Shown here piece after piece: positions 26,659 through 32,000 of a stretch of 32,000 nucleotides of DNA (position 1 is its first letter; every line of letters begins with the position of its first letter). Source of the stretch: Propionibacterium freudenreichii subsp. freudenreichii (GTDB lineage Bacteria > Actinomycetota > Actinomycetes > Propionibacteriales > Propionibacteriaceae); the NCBI RefSeq assembly GCF_000940845.1, contig NZ_CP010341.1, forward strand, positions 510,001 through 542,000, in the 5' to 3' direction. Both the position numbers and the translations under genes were made by a program. The notes beneath the pieces are model-generated. The model did no database searches and was not told where the DNA came from. It worked only from the letters and a program-made list of their open reading frames with translations.

Positions 26659-28923
26659 GTGGTTGACACCGTTGAGAACGCCCGTACGACCCCCGATGTT
26701 GTGCAGCCCTGGGAGGCCCTTGGCCTCAAGGCAGACGAATACGCGAGAATTCGCGACCTGCTGGATCGTCGTCCGACAGGCGCAGAGCTGGCCATGTACT
26801 CGGTGATGTGGTCGGAACACTGCAGTTACAAGTCCAGCAAGATCCACCTGAAGCGGTTCTCCGAACTGCCGCAGACCACCCCGCGCGGCCCGCTGTTGGC
26901 CGGCATCGGCGACAACGCCGGTGCGGTGGACATCGGGCAGGGATATGCGATCACCTTCAAGGCCGAATCGCACAACCACCCCAGCTATGTCGAGCCCTAT
27001 CAGGGCGCGGCAACCGGCGTCGGCGGCATCGTGCGCGACATCATGGCGATGGGCGCGCGGCCCGTCGCCTGTATGGACGCCCTGCGCTTCGGTCCGCTGC
27101 ACTCGGCCGATACCAAGCGCACCCTGCCCGGCATCGTGGCGGGCGTCGGCGGCTACGGCAACTGCCTGGGCCTGCCGAACATCGGCGGCGAACTGGTCTT
27201 CGACTCCAGCTACTACGGCAACCCCCTGGTCAACGCCCTGTGCGTGGGCGTCATGCGCCATGAGGACCTGCACTTCGCCAAGGCCACCGGCTCGGGCAAC
27301 AAGGTGATCCTCTACGGTGCGGCCACCGGCGCCGACGGCATCGGTGGTGCCTCGGTGCTCGCCTCGGAGACCTTCGAGGCGGACGGCCCCGCCAAGCGAC
27401 CCAGCGTGCAGGTGGGCGACCCCTTCATGGAGAAGCTGCTCATCGAGTGCACCCTGGAGCTGTTCCATGCCGGCGTGGTCACCGCGCTGCAGGACTTCGG
27501 CGCGGCCGGCATCAGCTGCGCCACCTCCGAGCTGGCCTCCGCCGGCGATGGCGGCATGCACTGCGAACTCGACCTGGTGCCGCTGCGCGATCCCACGATG
27601 ACGCCCGAGGAAATCCTCATGAGCGAGTCGCAGGAGCGCATGATGGCCGTCGTCGAACCCGCCGACGTCGACGCGTTCATGGCGATCTGCGGCAAGTGGG
27701 ACGTCCAGGCCACCGTCGTCGGTGAGGTCACCGAGGACGACCGCCTGATCATCGACTGGCACGGCGAGACCATCGTCGACGTCGATCCCAACACGGTGGC
27801 CGTCGACGCCCCGCGCTACGACCGCCCGCAGCTGCGTCCCGAATGGCTGGACGGGGTGCAGGCCGACCACGCCAACAACCTTCCCCGCGGCCATGACGGT
27901 GCGGCGCTGGCCGAGGCCGTCGTCGCGGTGGCCACCAGCCCCAACCTGGCCGACAAGAGCTGGGCCACCAGCCAGTACGACCGCTATGTGCGTGGCAACT
28001 CGGTGCTCTCGCAGCCCGAGGACTCCGGCATGATCCGCGTCGACGAGCAGACCAACCTGGGCGTCGCCCTGTCGATGGACGCGAACGGGCGCTATGCCTA
28101 CCTCAATCCCTATTTCGGCGCGCAACTGGCCCTGTCGGAGAGCTACCGCAATGTGGCCACCACCGGCGCCCAGCCCGTCGCCATCACCGACTGCCTCAAC
28201 TTCGGTTCCCCCGAGGACCCGGAGGTGATGTGGCAGTTCACCGAGGCCATCAAGGGCCTGGTCGACGGCTGCAAGGTGCTCGGCGTGCCGGTCACCGGCG
28301 GCAATGTGAGCTTCTACAACCAGACCGACGGCATCAACATCCTGCCGACGCCGCTGGTGGGCATGCTCGGCGTCATCGATGATGTGCGCCTGCGCATCCG
28401 CCAGGGCTTCGCCCATGCGGGTGACACCGTGCTGCTGCTCGGCGACACCAAGCAGGAACTCGGCGGCAGCGCCTGGGAGGACGTGATGCACGGCCACCAC
28501 CTCGGCGGCCTGCCCCCGTTCCCCGACTTCGACGCCGAGATCGCGCTGGGCAAGGTGCTGCAGGCTGCTGCCAAGCAGCAGATGGTCTCCAGCGCCCACG
28601 ACCTGTCGGAGGGCGGCCTGGCGGTGGCGCTCGTGGAGTCGTGCCTGCACGGCAACCATGGCGTGTCATTCACCCTGCCCACCGACCTCGACCCGTGCGC
28701 CGAGCTGTTCAGCGAGACTCAGGCGCGGGCGGTGGTCTCGCTGCCGCCGCAGTCGGTGGCCGAGTTCACTACGCTGTGTGCCGACGCCGGCGTGCCCGTC
28801 CGCGAGCTCGGTGAGGTGCGCGGCGACCAGCTGCTGGAGGCGCGCGGATTCTTCACCGTGCAGCTCGACGAGCTGCGCCCGCAGTGGCAGTCAACCATTC
28901 CGGAAGCAATGCAGGGGGCATAG
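26659..28923 (+). CDS. purL: Phosphoribosylformylglycinamidine synthase subunit PurL (FGAM synthase II)
   Basis: From GTG 26659 it reads (M)[60 protein letters not shown]..., matching the conserved actinobacterial PurL N-terminus and giving ~754 aa. The track ORF start at 26260 adds 133 codons that run through the palindromic repeats and are not credible. GTG 26632 is an alternative start. Confidence 0.92.
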   Translation: MVDTVENARTTPDVVQPWEALGLKADEYARIRDLLDRRPTGAELAMYSVMWSEHCSYKSSKIHLKRFSELPQTTPRGPLLAGIGDNAGAVDIGQGYAITFKAESHNHPSYVEPYQGAATGVGGIVRDIMAMGARPVACMDALRFGPLHSADTKRTLPGIVAGVGGYGNCLGLPNIGGELVFDSSYYGNPLVNALCVGVMRHEDLHFAKATGSGNKVILYGAATGADGIGGASVLASETFEADGPAKRPSVQVGDPFMEKLLIECTLELFHAGVVTALQDFGAAGISCATSELASAGDGGMHCELDLVPLRDPTMTPEEILMSESQERMMAVVEPADVDAFMAICGKWDVQATVVGEVTEDDRLIIDWHGETIVDVDPNTVAVDAPRYDRPQLRPEWLDGVQADHANNLPRGHDGAALAEAVVAVATSPNLADKSWATSQYDRYVRGNSVLSQPEDSGMIRVDEQTNLGVALSMDANGRYAYLNPYFGAQLALSESYRNVATTGAQPVAITDCLNFGSPEDPEVMWQFTEAIKGLVDGCKVLGVPVTGGNVSFYNQTDGINILPTPLVGMLGVIDDVRLRIRQGFAHAGDTVLLLGDTKQELGGSAWEDVMHGHHLGGLPPFPDFDAEIALGKVLQAAAKQQMVSSAHDLSEGGLAVALVESCLHGNHGVSFTLPTDLDPCAELFSETQARAVVSLPPQSVAEFTTLCADAGVPVRELGEVRGDQLLEARGFFTVQLDELRPQWQSTIPEAMQGA

Positions 28924-28927
28924 AACA

Positions 28928-30274
28928 ATGGCGTCAGGCCGTGATCAGGAAGTCATCGACCAGGTTCGCGAGGTGCTGCCGGGCGTGCTCGACGACCTGC
29001 GGTCCATGGTGCGCATCCCGTCGGTGAGTTCGCAGGCTGCCCATGCCGGCGACATCACCGCGATGGCCGACCAACTGGTCGGTTACCTGAAGATGCTGGG
29101 TTGGGACGATGTGCGCATCATCGAGGCCGGCGGCAAGCCCGCCGTGCTGGCGCACTACCCGGCACCCGAGGGCAAGCCCACCGTCTGCCTGTACTCCCAC
29201 TACGACGTGCAGCCCACCGGGGACCTCGACGCCTGGACCTCCGATCCGTTCGTCGTCGTCGAACGTGACGGACGCCTGTACGGACGCGGTACCGCCGACG
29301 ACAAGGGCGGGCTGGGCGTGCACCTGGCGGCATTGCGGGCCTTCAAGGGCAAGCCGCCGGTCGGCGTCACGGTGCTGTTCGAGGGCGAGGAGGAGATCGG
29401 TTCGCCGAGCCTCGATGCGCTGCTCGACAAGTACACCGACGAGCTGGAGGCCGACGCCTACCTCATCTGCGACTGCGGGAACTGGGAGGTCGGCACGCCG
29501 GCCTTCACCACCTCGCTGCGCGGCGTCGTCGACTGCGTGGTGCAGGTGAGCACCCTCGACCACGCGATCCACTCCGGCGAATACGGCGGTGTCGCACCCG
29601 ATGCGCTCACCGCACTGTGCCGCCTGCTGGCGACGCTGCACGACGAGCGCGGCAATGTCGCCGTCGAGGGCCTGGTCAGCGGCCATGCCCCCGAGCAGCT
29701 CGAATACCCCGACGCGCGGATGCGTGCGGAGACCGGCGTGCTCGACGGCGTGGAATTCATCGGCGACGACTCCTTCGTCGACCGCATGTGGAACAAGCCG
29801 TCCATCTCGGTGATCGGGCTCGACACCACGCCGATCGCCGTCAGCTCCAATGTGCTCATCCCCTCCGCAAGCGCGCGGGTGAGCCTGCGCGTGGCCCCCG
29901 GCGACACCGCCGAGAATGCCCGGGAGAAGCTGTTCGCCCATCTGCGCTCCCACGCCCCGTGGGGCGCCAGGGTGACCCTGTCGAACGCCGAGGCGGGGGA
30001 GCCGGCGAGCCTTCCCTTCGAGGGCCCCATTGCCGAGGAGGCACGGGCGGCCTTCGCCACGGCATGGGGCACCGAACCGGTGCTGAACGGCACCGGCGGA
30101 TCCATCGGCATGATCGCCAGCTTCCAGCGGGCCTTCCCGCAGGCGACGATCCTGGGTACCGCCGTCAGCGACCCGCATTCGCGGATGCACGGCATCGACG
30201 AGTCGTTGCACCTGGGTGATTGGCGCAAGGCCGCGGCGTCGGAGGCGCTGCTGCTCGACCGCCTGGCCCGCTGA
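28928..30274 (+). CDS. M20-family dipeptidase / metallohydrolase
   Basis: From ATG 28928 it reads MASGRDQEVIDQVREVLPG... Motifs include LYSHYDVQP, GRGTADDKGG and FEGEEEIGS. The track ORF start at 28658 overlaps the purL 3' end and is rejected. Confidence 0.85.
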   Translation: MASGRDQEVIDQVREVLPGVLDDLRSMVRIPSVSSQAAHAGDITAMADQLVGYLKMLGWDDVRIIEAGGKPAVLAHYPAPEGKPTVCLYSHYDVQPTGDLDAWTSDPFVVVERDGRLYGRGTADDKGGLGVHLAALRAFKGKPPVGVTVLFEGEEEIGSPSLDALLDKYTDELEADAYLICDCGNWEVGTPAFTTSLRGVVDCVVQVSTLDHAIHSGEYGGVAPDALTALCRLLATLHDERGNVAVEGLVSGHAPEQLEYPDARMRAETGVLDGVEFIGDDSFVDRMWNKPSISVIGLDTTPIAVSSNVLIPSASARVSLRVAPGDTAENAREKLFAHLRSHAPWGARVTLSNAEAGEPASLPFEGPIAEEARAAFATAWGTEPVLNGTGGSIGMIASFQRAFPQATILGTAVSDPHSRMHGIDESLHLGDWRKAAASEALLLDRLAR

Positions 30275-30750
30275 TGGCCGAGGACTTCACCCCTCGCTAC
30301 GAGAGCTATCCCGACCGGCTGATCCGCGAGGCGATGGAGCGTGGCGATTTCGCCGACAACCCCTTGCGCGGCAAGCCGGTGAAGCTGGGGCGTCCCGGCG
30401 AGCAGAAGAGCTGGATCCAGGAGCGCCTGGAGCGCGAGGACCTGTCCGGCATCCTGCCCCCACCCCTGCAACTACGGCGTGAGAAGGCCCGGATCGCCCG
30501 CACACTGGCCAATGTGCCCACCGAGCAGCAGGCACGCCAGATCATCGACGCCCTCAACGAGCGCATCAGGGACGCCAACCTGAACCCGGCCACCCAGCCG
30601 CGCGTGGTGATCTCCCTGTTGGACGCCGAACAGGCGCTGTCCGACTGGCGTGACGCCCACCCCGGCGCCCCCTCGCACGGTCCGAAGCGGGGTCCCAGCG
30701 GCCCTGCGGATGGGCGGGCGGATCGCCCCGGGGACAGCGGGCAGCGATAA
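30274..30750 (+). CDS. DUF1992 (DnaJC28-like) domain protein
   Basis: MAEDFTPRYESYPDRLIREAMERGDFADNPLRGKPVKL matches the DUF1992 N-terminal signature. Its ATG overlaps the upstream TGA by 1 nt (TGATG at 30272-30276). Confidence 0.7.
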   Translation: MAEDFTPRYESYPDRLIREAMERGDFADNPLRGKPVKLGRPGEQKSWIQERLEREDLSGILPPPLQLRREKARIARTLANVPTEQQARQIIDALNERIRDANLNPATQPRVVISLLDAEQALSDWRDAHPGAPSHGPKRGPSGPADGRADRPGDSGQR

Positions 30751-30782
30751 CCGCGCTCCGCTCGTGGCGCGCCACCGCCCCA

Positions 30783-30816
30783 ATCGGCGTCGTGCGGTTG
30801 CCCGCACCCCGCCGAT
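30783..30816 (+). terminator. Nested hairpin after the DUF1992 gene, upstream of fhs
   Basis: ATCGGCG tc GTGCGG ttgc CCGCAC cc CGCCGAT. The helix has 7 + 6 bp with a symmetric 2x2 internal loop. Confidence 0.45.
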
Positions 30817-30880
30817 CCACGAGAATCAGGCATATCGATTGGTGCTGACCGGTTGACGGCGAACCAGGGGGACATACGCG

Positions 30881-32000
30881 ATGAAGTCCGATGTTGAGAT
30901 CGCAATGGAAGCAACGCTCAAGCCCATCTCGCAGGTGGCTGAGACGTTGGGCATCCAGCCCGAGGAATATGACCCCTACGGGCGCGACAAGGCAAAGCTG
31001 TCATTGTCGTTGCTGGATCGCATCGCCGATCGTCCCGACGGCAAGCTGGTGCTCGTCACGGCCATCAACCCCACCCCTGCCGGTGAGGGGAAGACCACCA
31101 CGAACATCGGCCTGTCGATGGCCCTGAACCGGCTGGGCAAGAAGGCCATCACCACCATCCGCGAACCCTCCCTGGGCCCCGTGTTCGGCATCAAGGGCGG
31201 CGCGGCCGGGGGCGGCTACGCCCAGGTGCTGCCGATGGACGACCTCAACCTGCAGTTCACCGGCGACATGGAGGCGATCGGGGCCGCCAACAACCTGTTG
31301 TGTGCCCTGCTCGACAACTCCCTGCACCAGGGCAACCCCCTGGGCATCGACTCCCAGCGCGTGGAACTGCGTCGGGTGCTCGACATGAACGACCGCGCCC
31401 TGCGCAACATCGTCATCGGGCTGGGCAAGCGTTCCGACGGCGTGCCCCGCGAGAGCGGCTTCGACATCACCGTGGCCTGCGAGGTGATGGCCATCCTGTG
31501 TCTCACCGCCGGCATGGACGACCTGAAGGCCCGCCTGGCCCGCATGGTCACCTCCTACAACGGCGACTTCGACGCCGTCACCGCCGAACAGCTGGAGGCC
31601 ACCGGTGCCATGGCCCTGCTGCTGAAGGACGCCATCAAGCCCAACCTGGTGCAGACCATCGACAACACCCCGGCCATCGTGCACGGCGGCCCCTTCGCCA
31701 ACATCGCGCACGGCTGCAACTCGGTGCTGGCCACCCGCATGGCACTCAAGCTGGGCGACTACACGATCACCGAGGCCGGCTTCGGCGCCGACCTGGGCGC
31801 CGAGAAGTTCTTCGACATCGTCTGTCCCTCGGCCGGTTTCCAGCCCGACGGGTCGGTGCTGGTCGCCACCGTGCGCGCCCTGAAGTACAACGGCGGGCAG
31901 GGCGTCAAGGAGCTGGGAACCGAGGACCTGGACGCCCTGGGCCGGGGAATGGCCAACCTGGAACGCCACGTGGAGAACCTGCGCAGCTACGGCGTGCCGG
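30881..32000 (+). CDS. fhs: Formate--tetrahydrofolate ligase, N-terminal ~373 codons (the gene continues past the window end)
   Basis: Absent from the ORF track because it is edge-truncated. Hand translation from ATG 30881 gives [25 protein letters not shown]...[23 protein letters not shown]...[22 protein letters not shown]...[18 protein letters not shown]...[14 protein letters not shown]. Confidence 0.92.
   Translation, partial: MKSDVEIAMEATLKPISQVAETLGIQPEEYDPYGRDKAKLSLSLLDRIADRPDGKLVLVTAINPTPAGEGKTTTNIGLSMALNRLGKKAITTIREPSLGPVFGIKGGAAGGGYAQVLPMDDLNLQFTGDMEAIGAANNLLCALLDNSLHQGNPLGIDSQRVELRRVLDMNDRALRNIVIGLGKRSDGVPRESGFDITVACEVMAILCLTAGMDDLKARLARMVTSYNGDFDAVTAEQLEATGAMALLLKDAIKPNLVQTIDNTPAIVHGGPFANIAHGCNSVLATRMALKLGDYTITEAGFGADLGAEKFFDIVCPSAGFQPDGSVLVATVRALKYNGGQGVKELGTEDLDALGRGMANLERHVENLRSYGVP

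Noticed and set aside
26539-28659. 706-aa reverse-strand ORF
   Set aside because: It is fully antisense to purL, has low-complexity His/Gly/Ala/Arg-rich composition and no motifs.
28658-28927. Upstream extension of the M20 peptidase ORF
   Set aside because: It overlaps the last 90 codons of purL in another frame. The M20 similarity starts at ATG 28928, 4 nt after the purL stop.
30751-30880. ZTP (pfl) or THF riboswitch upstream of fhs
   Set aside because: fhs is a classic ZTP-riboswitch target, and GACCGGTTGACGGCGAAC faintly resembles the 5' sub-domain. However, the conserved 3' pseudoknot element (CCGCCUGGGC-like) is missing and there is no room for it before the ATG. The only clear structure is the nested hairpin at 30783-30816.

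Overview
The window looks like high-GC actinobacterial chromosome (by eye about two-thirds G+C, with very high third-codon-position GC in real genes). Gene content fits a Propionibacteriaceae-like organism, but I cannot verify the taxon here. Nearly all of it is ordinary core metabolism and housekeeping. In order: a partial pyruvate-oxidase-family gene, a Na+/H+ antiporter, a SnoaL-like protein, a MarR regulator, an M50-like membrane peptidase, a Pit phosphate transporter with a coupled small membrane ORF, two tandem NAD(P)H-binding paralogs, a membrane alpha/beta-hydrolase, hrpB, a cobalamin-riboswitch-controlled cbiMNQO-cobA operon, a gntR/gntP/gnd gluconate locus, the HspR-controlled dnaK-grpE-dnaJ-hspR operon with two HAIR operators, a BadF-type ATPase, purL, an M20 peptidase, a DUF1992 protein and a partial fhs. 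The two edge-truncated genes (pyruvate oxidase, fhs) are missing from the ORF track and were found by hand translation. Many long track ORFs are antisense or out-of-frame shadows typical of high-GC DNA. I see no tRNA or rRNA gene, CRISPR array, transposase, integrase, toxin-antitoxin pair or recognisable defence locus, and no convincing case for a new multi-gene system. Three things remain unexplained: (1) short 16-19 bp head-to-tail repeats that recur directly after stop codons; (2) two copies of a long-stem 48-bp palindromic element in the 430-bp gap upstream of purL; (3) a ~390-bp lower-GC non-coding gap between marR and the M50 gene. All homology calls rest on motif recognition by eye, not on database searches.
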